Made by a program: the position numbers and the translations under genes. The notes beneath the pieces were generated by a model that worked only from the letters and a program-made list of their open reading frames with translations, did not search any database and was not told the origin of the DNA. Positions 1 through 9,702 of a stretch of DNA of 64,000 bases are shown in pieces (position 1 is the first letter of the stretch; each line of letters opens with the position of its first letter). Source of the DNA: an uncultured bacterium (GTDB taxonomy: Bacteria > Eisenbacteria > RBG-16-71-46 > CAZAMP01); contig CAZAMP010000007.1 of the NCBI GenBank assembly GCA_964486455.1, forward strand, positions 18,280-82,279, written 5' to 3'.

Positions 1-14
1 AGGTCACCGTCGGC

Positions 15-1472
15 GTGCTGGTCCTCACGCTGCTGACCGTGCTGGGCCTGCAGACGTTGCGATTGACACACATCCGCACCAGAGCGGAGACCGTGGCGCG
101 CCAACTCTCCGAAATGGCGGTCGTGGCCGACAGGGAAATCTCTTTCGTCGAGGCACCCTCCACCCCCGCGCTCGAGTTCGGGCGCGGCAGCTTCACCTTG
201 AGCGCCTGGGTGCGGATGACCGGCAGAGCGGACCAGCCGGTCATCATCATGGACAAGCGCATTCCGCCGTACCACTTCTCGCGCGGGTTCGTCATGTTCG
301 TCTATGCTGACCGGCTCGGTCTCCAGATTGCTGACGGCGTGCGCGTGCATGCCCATCCATCAGGGACGCCCACGCAGACGACCGGCAGCACCTTCCACCT
401 CGGCCGAGGCGACCTCGGGGACGGCGCGTGGCACCACGTGGCCGCGTCCGTACACCGCGACACGCTGGATGCCTCACAGAACAACGTGACGCTCTACGTC
501 GACGGCGAGCCGGACTATGTCAGCTCCGCAAACTACGTGCGCACCGGCGATGTCTCCTGTCCGGCCCCGCTGCGCGTGGGTGTCGAGTGCGACGGCTTCC
601 AGATCGCAAGACCGTTCACGGGATCCATCCGTCATCCGCAGGTCTTCGGCCGTGCCATCGGCGCCGAGGAGATGCGCCGTCGCTTCGCGCAAGGACACGA
701 GTCACTCAACACAGACGTGTATCACCTGCCGGAGTTCACGATCGCCGACGGCGACTCCATCGCCATTCCACTCGTGATCGAGAACCTCGGGTCGCGTCCC
801 GCATCGTACACGTGGACCGCCTCGGGCCTTCCTGGTGACAACGGGCATCCGCCGCTCAGCCGTTTCGAGCCCGCGTCCGGAAATGTCATCCTCGCCCCCG
901 GACCTTCGTCGGTGGCAATCACTATCGGAATGAGCGCACGAGAAATTGCCCGTTCCGGCTCGGGATCGTTTCAGGTGTCGGTCGTGAACGTCGAGTCGCT
1001 GGAGCCGGTCATCCGATCCGGACAGGTGATGACCGCCGAATGGGCGCGCCAAAGAGGCGTTGAGCCGACCCCGCCTTACGCGCCCAATCTGCGACAGAGT
1101 GGGACACTGGAGGAATCCGAGCTCGATTCCGGGATCCCACTCGCCCTGGAGGTGCGTGTCCGGCCGAACGGCTTCATCACCGATGCGTCGGTCGCCTTCG
1201 ACGTCGGCCTTGCTCCGCGACCGATGCGCATGGAGGTCGTCGCGCTCAGCGGCGAAGTGATTCGGAGCGTCGATCTCGGCACGATGTCGATCGGACAGCA
1301 CTCCGTGGCATGGGACGGACGCGATGACGACGGCAACCGGGTGCCGAGCGGGCACTACGCCATCGACATCATCGGCAGGCGCTCGATCACCCGATGGGAC
1401 CCGGATGGCGAGGAATGGATCCGCCCCGAAGAGTCAGGAAGCATCACCACCCGAGTTGTCTATCTCCCCTAG
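15..1472 (+). CDS. Secreted LamG (concanavalin-A-like lectin) domain protein with C-terminal T9SS-type/FlgD Ig-like sorting domain; GTG start at window edge, possibly 5'-truncated
   Basis: Hydrophobic N-terminus (VLVLTLLTVLGL). LamG-like block (FTLSAWVRMTG...HHVAASV...VTLYVDGEP). C-terminal ~65 aa (MEVVALSGEVIRSVDLG...VAWDGRDDDGNRVPSGHYAIDI) matches the sorting domain shared by six other proteins here. Confidence 0.6.
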   Translation: MLVLTLLTVLGLQTLRLTHIRTRAETVARQLSEMAVVADREISFVEAPSTPALEFGRGSFTLSAWVRMTGRADQPVIIMDKRIPPYHFSRGFVMFVYADRLGLQIADGVRVHAHPSGTPTQTTGSTFHLGRGDLGDGAWHHVAASVHRDTLDASQNNVTLYVDGEPDYVSSANYVRTGDVSCPAPLRVGVECDGFQIARPFTGSIRHPQVFGRAIGAEEMRRRFAQGHESLNTDVYHLPEFTIADGDSIAIPLVIENLGSRPASYTWTASGLPGDNGHPPLSRFEPASGNVILAPGPSSVAITIGMSAREIARSGSGSFQVSVVNVESLEPVIRSGQVMTAEWARQRGVEPTPPYAPNLRQSGTLEESELDSGIPLALEVRVRPNGFITDASVAFDVGLAPRPMRMEVVALSGEVIRSVDLGTMSIGQHSVAWDGRDDDGNRVPSGHYAIDIIGRRSITRWDPDGEEWIRPEESGSITTRVVYLP

Positions 1473-1695
1473 GGCATTGACGTTAGAGCCCTCTCCGCAG
1501 CGAGCCGCGGTCAGCGTCCGCCGGGCGATCCGAAAAAACTCCTCATACGTTGCGACTACCCCACCCAGATCTCGCTTCACTGATCACCGGGGCGGAAGGC
1601 CCCGTCCATCAGATGTAACACGAGGCTCATGTCGGGCGCCGACGTCGACACGTCTGGCCGACCGTCCGCTGATTTGACGAAGAGGAGGAATCAAC

Positions 1696-2562
1696 ATGCG
1701 GTACTCATCGATCATCCTGTGCGTGGGGTTGACGCTCGCGTCGGTCTCGCCCGCGTGGGCGGTGGAGTCCGGCGACAGCCCACCCGCCCCGTTCTATGAG
1801 GCCACCGGCCAGATCGACATCGTCTGGGCCGTTGAAGAGTTTCTGGGCGACGACACCTTCGCGATCACGGGGATCCCCGGTGGGGCTACCGTGGAAGCCG
1901 CCTTCTTCATCTCGGAAACGTGGGATGACACGACCGCCATATCCAACAGCATCGACCTCGTCTTCAACGGCAGCGCCTACGGAAGCGTGGATGCCGATGT
2001 CATGGACTACACGGAAGAGGAAGGCGGCCTCGACCTCGCCGGATACGTGGTCGATGTGACGGCCGATGTGTCCGGCGATGGTTCCTACCCCTTCACCGTC
2101 ACTCCCAACCAGAGCGGAAACGGCGCGATCGGGCATCTGCTCGTTGTGGTCTACGAGCACGAGACGAACCCCCTGAATTTGATCAAGATGAACGTCGGCG
2201 CCGAGGCCATCCGCTGGGCCAGTTCAACCACCGAGTTCCTCGACATCCCCGGCGGCGACGGCGAGCTGCACATCTTCACGGAATCCGACAACGGGGGCGG
2301 TAGCGAGGGTGAGGAATCGATCGCTCTCAACGGTTCCGTAATCCTCGGAGGACCGGACTCCGGCATCTTCGACAGCAACCAGGGGTGTTGCACGTCCTAC
2401 TTCGAGCTCCCCGTCACATTGCTCGAAGGCTACAACACCGTGACACTCACCACCGGTGAGGACCTGTTCGGGTGGCACTTCGCCGCGCTGGTCGTCGAGA
2501 CGACGGGATCAACGGCTACCCGGTCGGTGTCGTGGGGCGCGGTGAAAAACAGGTTCCGGTAG
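1696..2562 (+). CDS. Secreted hypothetical protein (signal peptide)
   Basis: RBS agaggagg 7 nt upstream of ATG. Signal peptide MRYSSIILCVGLTLASVSPAWA. No recognisable catalytic motif. Confidence 0.55.
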   Translation: MRYSSIILCVGLTLASVSPAWAVESGDSPPAPFYEATGQIDIVWAVEEFLGDDTFAITGIPGGATVEAAFFISETWDDTTAISNSIDLVFNGSAYGSVDADVMDYTEEEGGLDLAGYVVDVTADVSGDGSYPFTVTPNQSGNGAIGHLLVVVYEHETNPLNLIKMNVGAEAIRWASSTTEFLDIPGGDGELHIFTESDNGGGSEGEESIALNGSVILGGPDSGIFDSNQGCCTSYFELPVTLLEGYNTVTLTTGEDLFGWHFAALVVETTGSTATRSVSWGAVKNRFR

Positions 2563-2635
2563 GCCCGCTCACGGCCAGTACTAGCATTCTCAATCCAGAC
2601 TGATCACGAATCGTGGCCGGAGGAGGAGACGTACG

Positions 2636-5341
2636 ATGTCTCATAGTTCCGTACAGACGACGCAGTTGATCCGACGGACCCTTATCACGATCGCACTCCT
2701 GGTGGGTGGAGCTGCGGCCGCGATCGCCGACCCATGCGAAATCGTGATCCGAACCGGACAGGTCGGGGGCGCCCCAGGCGACCCCACGGTCGGCGGTTTC
2801 GACGATTGCTTCCGCGTCTACGAGAGCACATCCTGTGCCGCCCCGCTCTCGGGCGCGCCGTTTGCGGCGACTGATTTCGATGCCGCGGCGACCAGTGCGA
2901 CATTCGCGCAGGTGGTCGAATCCGTGGCCCCTTGGCTTCCTTCCCTTGGCTCAGATCCCGATGCGCGTTGGATCCACTCACGACGAAACGCCTCGGGCTA
3001 CGGCGCCGCCGCTCGCTCCGTGCTCTACGCGTGTCGGTTCGAGCGACCGGCCGGCTGCACGGAGGCCGACATCACGGTTTCATGGGCGGTGGATGACCGT
3101 CTAGGTGATCCCGCCGGCGATCCCAACCCGATCGGTGTGTACATCAACGGCACCGCGCTCTCGCCCTCCTTCTCGGGTGGTGACTACACCGCCGAGTACT
3201 CCGCGTCGGTGTCCAGTTACCCACTCCTCCCGGGCGTGAACTGGCTCTACGTGTATCAGCGCGACATGTCATGCGGCTACGCCGGGCTGATGCTCAGTGC
3301 GCGCATCCGCTGTCCCGACACGGTGGGTGACATCTACGGAACGAAGTACTGGGATCAAGACTGTAATGGAGAGCGCGACGCCGGAGAACCGGGGCTCTCC
3401 GGGTGGGATATCACGGCATCCGGCGACAGTGACTACGTGACGACGACGGACGCGGATGGCAACTACTCCTTCGTCGGCCTGCCGGGCGGGACCTACACGG
3501 TCTTCGAGACTACGGTATCCACGTGGATCGTCACGGAACCCGTCGACGGCACGTACACGGTGACCGTGGGATGCGATCCGATCGAGGACCTTGATTTCGG
3601 CAACTGTCTCTGCGACACGCAGCAGGGTCCTGACACACCACCGTGCCTCGACGCGTGGTATCCGCTGGATGAGGGCTCGGGCACGATCGCCGCCGACCTT
3701 GCATCCGGCAACACCGGCTTTCTCGTCGGCGATCCGGCCTGGCAGACCGACGGCATGGTTGGCGGCTCACTTTGGTTTCCAAGCCCGTACGACTACGTCG
3801 AGACCGCAGCCGGCCCCTCGCCGAGCTTTGGTGACGGCAGCTTCGCGGTATCCGGGTGGTTGCGCATCAATGATTCCACGTACGGAACGGTGCGCGCGTT
3901 GCTCGACAAGCGCGTCTCGACGACCGGTTTCTATGTCTATCTCGATGACGGGATGCTGAGTCTCGAGATCCGTACGCCGGGAGGTACGTCGAACTACGTC
4001 GCGACCGGCGGCACCTACTTGAACGACGGCGAATGGCACCACTTTGCCGTCGCGGCCTGTCGTAACCCGAGCGACCCCACCGACCCCTTGACCAACAGAG
4101 TGACGCTCTACGTCGATGGCGTTCCCGATGCAACGCCGTGGACGGGAGCCGCCGTCCAGATGGGCAACGTCACCAACAACGCGCCGCTGCGCTTCGCCCG
4201 CGAGAGCGGCGGTTTTCCAACGGACTTCCCGCTTCACGGCGAGCTTGACGAGGTCATGCTCTTCAGCTGCTGCCTCGACGACGACGATATCCTCATTCTC
4301 GCTGGCGGCGACGAATTCGCCACCACCACCGTCGCGGTACCATCGGTCCTGAGTGTGACGGGCACGACCGCCACGATCCCGCTCGAAATCTGTAACTACC
4401 TCGGTACGCCGCAAGACTACACCTGGACGATCGCGGGGCTCCCGTCGGGCGGCGGCTGCACCATCGACGGACCGACCGTCTTCTCCCCGCTCGCCGGAAC
4501 GCTCACGCTCCCCGCCGGCCCCGCCTGCGAGGTGATCGACATCGAGGTGGAAGCTCCAGGCGATCTCGTCGCCGGCGAGACGGCCTGCTACGGGGTCTCG
4601 GTGCAGCAGGTCGGGACCGGAGAGTGCTTCACCACGACCGGAACGCTCCAGCCGTCCGGCATCATCGACGTGAGCACTGACGACCCCGTCGTGGAGCTGC
4701 CCACTGGCGTGGGGACACTCGTCGATATCCTGCTCACGAATAGATCACAGGACCCCGTCTTGCTCGATTATGAACTCCACACATGGTCCCGCGGTCATGA
4801 CGGCCCAAGTCCGGTCATGAGCCTGAACGGCATGCCGGCCGGCATCCCGGTCATCGGCGATGTGGAGATCGACGCCGGCGCTTCCGTGCCCGTCACGGTG
4901 CGTGTGACCATGGAAGGCTACGAGCCCTTCAACATCAACGAGCTCCGGTTCGTGGCGGATCTACACGAGCTCGGCCTTCCGATCCCGGTTCACGCCGTCA
5001 TCGTGAAGTCCGAGCACATGGGGGGCACGCTGGCCGTGCCGGAAACCGGCCAAGTCGCGGAGCCGGGCCCCCTTCACGTGGGGATCACGCCGAATCCGTT
5101 CTCGACGGGCACCACGGTCCTCTTCGAACTCGATGAAGCAAGCGATGTAAGGGTCGAACTGTTCGATGCGGCCGGGCGTCTCGTTCGCGATCTGCAGACG
5201 GGCATGCTGAATGCCGGATCGCAGACGCTGACCTGGGATGGCCGTAGCGCCGCCGGGCACCAAGTCCCGAGCGGTGTGTACTGGGTGCGTGTCGCGGCGG
5301 GTCAGCGCTTGGGCGTGGAGAAGGTTCTGATACTAAGGTAG
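2636..5341 (+). CDS. Large secreted protein: SdrD-B/Cna-B-like repeat + LamG domain + C-terminal T9SS-type sorting domain
   Basis: RBS ggaggaggag. Signal peptide. Cna-B-like segment YWDQDCNGERDAGEPGLSGWDITASGDSDYVTTTDADGNYSFVGLPGGTYTV. LamG-like segment FAVSGWLRIND...VTLYVDGVPD. C-terminus VRVELFDAAGRLVRDL...LTWDGRSAAGHQVPSGVYWVRV. Confidence 0.65.
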   Translation: MSHSSVQTTQLIRRTLITIALLVGGAAAAIADPCEIVIRTGQVGGAPGDPTVGGFDDCFRVYESTSCAAPLSGAPFAATDFDAAATSATFAQVVESVAPWLPSLGSDPDARWIHSRRNASGYGAAARSVLYACRFERPAGCTEADITVSWAVDDRLGDPAGDPNPIGVYINGTALSPSFSGGDYTAEYSASVSSYPLLPGVNWLYVYQRDMSCGYAGLMLSARIRCPDTVGDIYGTKYWDQDCNGERDAGEPGLSGWDITASGDSDYVTTTDADGNYSFVGLPGGTYTVFETTVSTWIVTEPVDGTYTVTVGCDPIEDLDFGNCLCDTQQGPDTPPCLDAWYPLDEGSGTIAADLASGNTGFLVGDPAWQTDGMVGGSLWFPSPYDYVETAAGPSPSFGDGSFAVSGWLRINDSTYGTVRALLDKRVSTTGFYVYLDDGMLSLEIRTPGGTSNYVATGGTYLNDGEWHHFAVAACRNPSDPTDPLTNRVTLYVDGVPDATPWTGAAVQMGNVTNNAPLRFARESGGFPTDFPLHGELDEVMLFSCCLDDDDILILAGGDEFATTTVAVPSVLSVTGTTATIPLEICNYLGTPQDYTWTIAGLPSGGGCTIDGPTVFSPLAGTLTLPAGPACEVIDIEVEAPGDLVAGETACYGVSVQQVGTGECFTTTGTLQPSGIIDVSTDDPVVELPTGVGTLVDILLTNRSQDPVLLDYELHTWSRGHDGPSPVMSLNGMPAGIPVIGDVEIDAGASVPVTVRVTMEGYEPFNINELRFVADLHELGLPIPVHAVIVKSEHMGGTLAVPETGQVAEPGPLHVGITPNPFSTGTTVLFELDEASDVRVELFDAAGRLVRDLQTGMLNAGSQTLTWDGRSAAGHQVPSGVYWVRVAAGQRLGVEKVLILR

Positions 5342-5416
5342 TTCACGGCTGCGCCGTCTGCAGAACGTGGGCGGCGCGGCGTAGATCCCACGGTTATCCA
5401 CACAGGAATGCGTCGC

Positions 5417-5445
5417 AGGCGGCGAGAATCGAACCCGCCGCCCAA
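5417..5445. terminator. GC-rich hairpin (GGCGGCG..CGCCGCC, 7-bp stem) between convergent gene ends; T-arm-like (GGGTTCGATTCTC on minus strand)
   Basis: Perfect 7-bp inverted repeat with 11-nt loop, 14 nt after the stomatin stop and 76 nt after the + strand gene stop. No U-tract, as expected at high GC. Confidence 0.4.
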
Positions 5446-5458
5446 ACTCGTCACGAAG

Positions 5459-6217
5459 CTAGCTCTCGCCGCCCTTCTTCTCCATGAACGGTCGGAACAG
5501 ATCGACCGGCACCGGCATGAGGATCGTCGAGTTGTTCTCGCTCGCGACCTCCGTCACCGTCTGGAGAAACCGAAGCTGAACGCCTACCGGGTTCTGGCCG
5601 ATGACTTCCGCTGCTTGGGCCAGCTTCGCGGACGCTTGGAATTCACCCTCGGCATGGATGATCTTCGCCCGCCGCTCGCGCTCGGCCTCCGCCTGACGCG
5701 CCATCGCCCGCTGCATTTCCTGCGGAAGGTCGACGTGCTTCACCTCGACGGTGCTCACCTTGATCCCCCACGGATCGGTCTGCCGGTCGAGGATCCCCTG
5801 CAGCCGTTCGTTGATCTGCTCCCGCTGAGAGAGTAGATCGTCCAGCTCGATCTCGCCGAGGACGCTCCGGAGCGTCGTCTGCGCAAGCTGCGACGTGGCG
5901 AAGAGATAGTCCTCCACCTCGACGACCGCCTTGTTCGGGTCCATGACACGGAAGTAGATGACCGCGTTGACCTTCACCGACACGTTGTCGCGCGTGATGA
6001 CGTCCTGGGGCGGCACGTCCATGGCGATCGTTCGAAGGCTGATCTTCACCATTCGATCCACGATCGGGATCAGGATGATGAGCCCCGGCCCCTTGCTGCC
6101 GATGATGCGCCCGAGCCTGAAGATCACGCCCCGTTCGTATTCCCGCAGGACCTTGATCATCGCGGAGAGCAGACTGATCCCAAGAAAGATCAGAACACCT
6201 ATCACGACCACAGGCAT
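5459..6217 (-). CDS. SPFH/band-7 family stomatin-like protein (slipin)
   Basis: N-terminal TM helix followed by an SPFH core ([62 protein letters not shown]). Coiled-coil C-terminus. Strong RBS agaggagg. Lies 12 nt downstream of nfeD. Confidence 0.85.
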   Translation of the reverse strand: MPVVVIGVLIFLGISLLSAMIKVLREYERGVIFRLGRIIGSKGPGLIILIPIVDRMVKISLRTIAMDVPPQDVITRDNVSVKVNAVIYFRVMDPNKAVVEVEDYLFATSQLAQTTLRSVLGEIELDDLLSQREQINERLQGILDRQTDPWGIKVSTVEVKHVDLPQEMQRAMARQAEAERERRAKIIHAEGEFQASAKLAQAAEVIGQNPVGVQLRFLQTVTEVASENNSTILMPVPVDLFRPFMEKKGGES

Positions 6218-6229
6218 GACTCACCTCCT

Positions 6230-7552
6230 CTATGCCGGCTCGCCGCCGGTCGTCGGCTCGTCCGATCTCTGAACGATCAAACGCATTCCACGTACTTGCA
6301 TCACACGAATGGACTCACCCTCACGGATCGACTGAACGCTCTCGGCGTCCCAGTATTCTCCGTGCAAGAACACCTTCCCGAGCGGATCGAGGTCCCTCAT
6401 GACCTCCCCGATCTCGCCGACGAGACCTTCCACGCCCGTCTCGGGCTTGCGACGCTGCGCGAGAAGCCCCTTAGAGACCGCGAAGAAGAAGAATGCGACC
6501 GTGAAGAGAACGGTCGGTATGATCACCGACCACGAAACCTTGAAGAGCGGTCCAGCCCGCTCCAGCAGCATGATCGATCCGAGAATCATGGCAGTAACCC
6601 CACCTAAGGTTAACAACCCATAGCTGGGTATCTTGATCTCCGCGATGAAGAGCGCGATGGCAAGGAGAATCAGCAACACGCCCGCGTAGTTCACGGGGAG
6701 CGTGTGGAGCGCGTAAAGCGCGACGATGATGCAGATCGCGCCGACGACGCCGGGCACGATGCTCCCGGGGTTCGAGAGCTCGAAGATGAGACCGTAGATT
6801 CCCAGCAGAAACAGTATGTATGCCACGCTCGGGTCGGTCACCACATTGAGAAACCGGTCCCGGGCGCTGAGTTCGATGCGAACGATAACCGCGTCGGCCG
6901 TCTCGAGCGTAACCTCGTTGCCGGCTACCTCGACGACCATCGAATCCACAGCAGCGAGAAGTGAGTCGATATTAGTCGCCATGAGATCGACGACGTTCAT
7001 CTCGACGGCTTCCTCCACCGTGAGCGACTTGCTTTCGCGCGCGGCAAGCTCAACCCACTCCACGTTTCGGCCGCGAAGCTTCGCGACGGCCTGAAGCTCT
7101 GCCACCCAGTCGTTCATCGCCTTCTCGCTCACGACCGAGTCGGGGATGGATCCTTGGATTCCCACGACGTGCGCGGCGCCGATGTGCGTGCCCCTCGCCA
7201 TCGCGGCCACGTGGGCCGAGATGGTGACGAGGACACCGGCGCTCGTGGCCCGCGAGCCTTCGGGTGATACGTAGACGATGACCGGGAGGCCGGCGTTCAG
7301 GATGGTCTTCGAGATCTCGTGAACGGATTTGAGCAGCCCGCCGGGCGTATCCAGTTCGATGATGAGTGCCTCGGCACCCTCGGCCTCGGCGAGCGCGATG
7401 TTCTTTTCGATGTGACGCGCGGATACGGGGTTGATGACACCGTGAACCGTGATGACGTGGACTTCGCCCGCCGCCCACGCGGGGCCGGTGATCGCAGCGA
7501 TCAGAGCGAGTGCGGGAAGAATGAATCGGCCAAACATTCTCGCGACGGTCAT
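6230..7552 (-). CDS. NfeD-family membrane-bound serine protease (stomatin operon partner)
   Basis: Start refined to the internal ATG with RBS ccaggagg; the ORF-track upstream extension is low-complexity. Signal peptide. ClpP-like protease domain (GVINPVSARHIEKNIALAEAEGAEALIIELDTPGG). Multi-TM block. C-terminal OB-fold (GEYWDAESVQSIREGESIRVMQVRGMRLIV). Confidence 0.8.
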   Translation of the reverse strand: MTVARMFGRFILPALALIAAITGPAWAAGEVHVITVHGVINPVSARHIEKNIALAEAEGAEALIIELDTPGGLLKSVHEISKTILNAGLPVIVYVSPEGSRATSAGVLVTISAHVAAMARGTHIGAAHVVGIQGSIPDSVVSEKAMNDWVAELQAVAKLRGRNVEWVELAARESKSLTVEEAVEMNVVDLMATNIDSLLAAVDSMVVEVAGNEVTLETADAVIVRIELSARDRFLNVVTDPSVAYILFLLGIYGLIFELSNPGSIVPGVVGAICIIVALYALHTLPVNYAGVLLILLAIALFIAEIKIPSYGLLTLGGVTAMILGSIMLLERAGPLFKVSWSVIIPTVLFTVAFFFFAVSKGLLAQRRKPETGVEGLVGEIGEVMRDLDPLGKVFLHGEYWDAESVQSIREGESIRVMQVRGMRLIVQRSDEPTTGGEPA

Positions 7553-7580
7553 GACCGGCACCTCCTGGTTGTCCCGCAGT

Positions 7581-8852
7581 CTACTCCACTCGAACGCTAT
7601 CCAGTATGTTTTCCGCCGAAATCGCACCCGCCGGCCAGCCGCGCGCAACGAGCACCAGATCCTCGTGGCGAGACACCGCGACGGGCTCACCGGCGAAGAT
7701 CGAATCAACCGCGGCGGTTGCCGCCTTCGTGAACTCCTCCGCGTCGCTCTCTTGGTCCCAGATGGACGCCCAGAGAAAGGCCAATCGTCCATCCGCGTGT
7801 TCGTAGGTATCAACGCGGTCACCGTCCCATCCGGCAGCGGCGGGTGCGGCCACCAGCTTCGACACGCCGCCCTCGAGCCATATCCGCATGATGAGCTCGC
7901 CCAGGCTGTTCGTCTCGACCCGCGACCAGCCGTCCGGGAGATCGACATCGTCGAGCGCTACCGTCCGCGGAAGATCCGGCTCGTCGAAATACTTCTCCGG
8001 ATGAAGGATCTGCTCGGTGGAAACAGGAGGTGAGGTGAACAGGCTGTCGACCGCCGGCCACTTCTCGCGGAAGTACGCCTCCCCCACGAAGGTCATTCCA
8101 TCGGCATATGAGAAGAGAAGCGGGGTGACGATGTAGGACGGGCTGTCCGAGAGCGACGGCATTCCTGGCATTCCCTGCTCGGCCATGCTGTACATCGTGC
8201 CACGCATGAGCGTCATCATTGGTTGGGTCAGCTCCATGCCCATCTCGCCCATGGCGAAAAGCTGCATGGCGAGCGTGGCATCTCCTTCGACGATGGATTT
8301 GGCCGCCACGAGGCGATCCTCGTTCGAGTAGTCCTCGATGGGAAGATTGAGCAAGCCGAAGTGCTGATCCTGAAGCGCGTGCACGAGCTCGTGCGCAATC
8401 ATCGCCCGTTCGCTCTGCTTGATGAGTGCGGCCAGCGGATCGTCCGGAGCGAACTCCACCATGAAGAACTTGCCGCGCCTCGGGTCGTAGAACCCCGCCA
8501 CCTGTTCGCTGAAGAGCGCTTTCCAGCCGTCGCGGAGATCGAAACCATCCGGGACTAGCCCCAGCGCGCGGCATCGCTTGCCGATGGGGACCACCAGGCT
8601 ATCCGGCGCCTCGACCGCGATCATGGAATCGAGCGTGGCCGTGAACTCCGATCGGGTGATCCAGGCAACCTCCAACGGCTTGCGGATATCGAGGCTGCGG
8701 AGCTCGGCCACTTCAGAGAGGAATGCGGCCGCGTCCGTGCGGCCTTCCGGCACGGAACCCCCCGTGGGGGCGGCATCGGTGGCGGCACGGATCTCATCGA
8801 CCCCGATCACGAGCAGAAGACCGATCATGGACACTGAAAACAATCGGCGCAT
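7581..8852 (-). CDS. Secreted putative zinc metallopeptidase (HExxH, gluzincin-like)
   Basis: Start refined to MRRLFSVSMIGLLLVIGV (signal peptide, RBS gggggag). HExxH motif in IAHELVHALQDQHF, with a downstream Glu in VEGDATLAMQ. Family not resolved. Confidence 0.5.
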   Translation of the reverse strand: MRRLFSVSMIGLLLVIGVDEIRAATDAAPTGGSVPEGRTDAAAFLSEVAELRSLDIRKPLEVAWITRSEFTATLDSMIAVEAPDSLVVPIGKRCRALGLVPDGFDLRDGWKALFSEQVAGFYDPRRGKFFMVEFAPDDPLAALIKQSERAMIAHELVHALQDQHFGLLNLPIEDYSNEDRLVAAKSIVEGDATLAMQLFAMGEMGMELTQPMMTLMRGTMYSMAEQGMPGMPSLSDSPSYIVTPLLFSYADGMTFVGEAYFREKWPAVDSLFTSPPVSTEQILHPEKYFDEPDLPRTVALDDVDLPDGWSRVETNSLGELIMRIWLEGGVSKLVAAPAAAGWDGDRVDTYEHADGRLAFLWASIWDQESDAEEFTKAATAAVDSIFAGEPVAVSRHEDLVLVARGWPAGAISAENILDSVRVE

Positions 8853-8955
8853 TGCACTCCCCCATCGTGGAAAGCCCCAGAGGCCGGATGATACACTCTC
8901 GCGGTTTGGCGCCTCCAGGTGCATGTCACTAACTACCGTCAGGAATACGTGTACG

Positions 8956-9702
8956 ATGATCGAGGTCCAGGAACTCATCAAGGATTTTCCGGGATCGCGG
9001 GGACGGTCGGTCCGCGCGGTCGGCGGCGTGAGCTTCACGTGCCGGCCCGGCGAGATCTTCGGTCTCTTGGGACGAAACGGAGCGGGAAAGACCACGACGC
9101 TCCGAATCCTCGCGACGATCCTCTCCCCGACCGGCGGGTCCGCGCGCATCCTCGGTCATGACGTCACCGCCGATGGGGAAACCGTGCGCAAGAGCGTCGG
9201 GTTCCAGACGGGCGACACACGCCTCTATGACCGTCTCTCCGGTCGGGAAGCGCTTCACTACTTCGGCGCACTCCAGGCCATGCCCGACGACGCGATCACG
9301 CGGCGCGTCGCGACACTCACCGATCAGTTCGAGCTTGCGGCGTTCATCGACCGGCGCATCGGGACCTACTCGAGCGGCCAGAAACAGCGCGTTTCGCTGG
9401 CCCGCGCGCTCCTACACGATCCACCGGTTCTCCTCCTGGATGAGCCGACGGTCGGACTCGACATCTTGGCCGCCCGCGAAACGCTCGAATTGGTGAGTTC
9501 ACTTCGTGACGAAGGCCGAACCATCCTCTTCTCCACTCACATTCTCTCCGAGGTCGAGCGGATCTGTGACGTGGTCGGGGTGATCGATGCCGGAAACCTC
9601 CTCGCGTGCGACCGGCTGGATGCCATTCGCCGTCTCGCCGACGGCAATCTGGAGAACGCGTTCATCGACCTGATTCGCGGAAACACGGAGGCCCGCCCAT
9701 GA
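8956..9702 (+). CDS. ABC transporter ATP-binding protein (ABC-2/NatA-like)
   Basis: Walker A GRNGAGKTT. ABC signature YSSGQKQR. Walker B LLLDEPTVGLD. H-loop STHIL. Start chosen at MIEVQELIKDF. Confidence 0.85.
   Translation: MIEVQELIKDFPGSRGRSVRAVGGVSFTCRPGEIFGLLGRNGAGKTTTLRILATILSPTGGSARILGHDVTADGETVRKSVGFQTGDTRLYDRLSGREALHYFGALQAMPDDAITRRVATLTDQFELAAFIDRRIGTYSSGQKQRVSLARALLHDPPVLLLDEPTVGLDILAARETLELVSSLRDEGRTILFSTHILSEVERICDVVGVIDAGNLLACDRLDAIRRLADGNLENAFIDLIRGNTEARP

Noticed and set aside
6230-7948. ORF-track N-terminal extensions (nfeD to 7948, metalloprotease to 9149, OMF to 49629, tetR to 50189, others)
   Set aside because: Upstream extensions lack an RBS and encode low-complexity sequence, or run through the AT-rich operator. 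Internal starts have a strong RBS plus signal peptides or domain starts.
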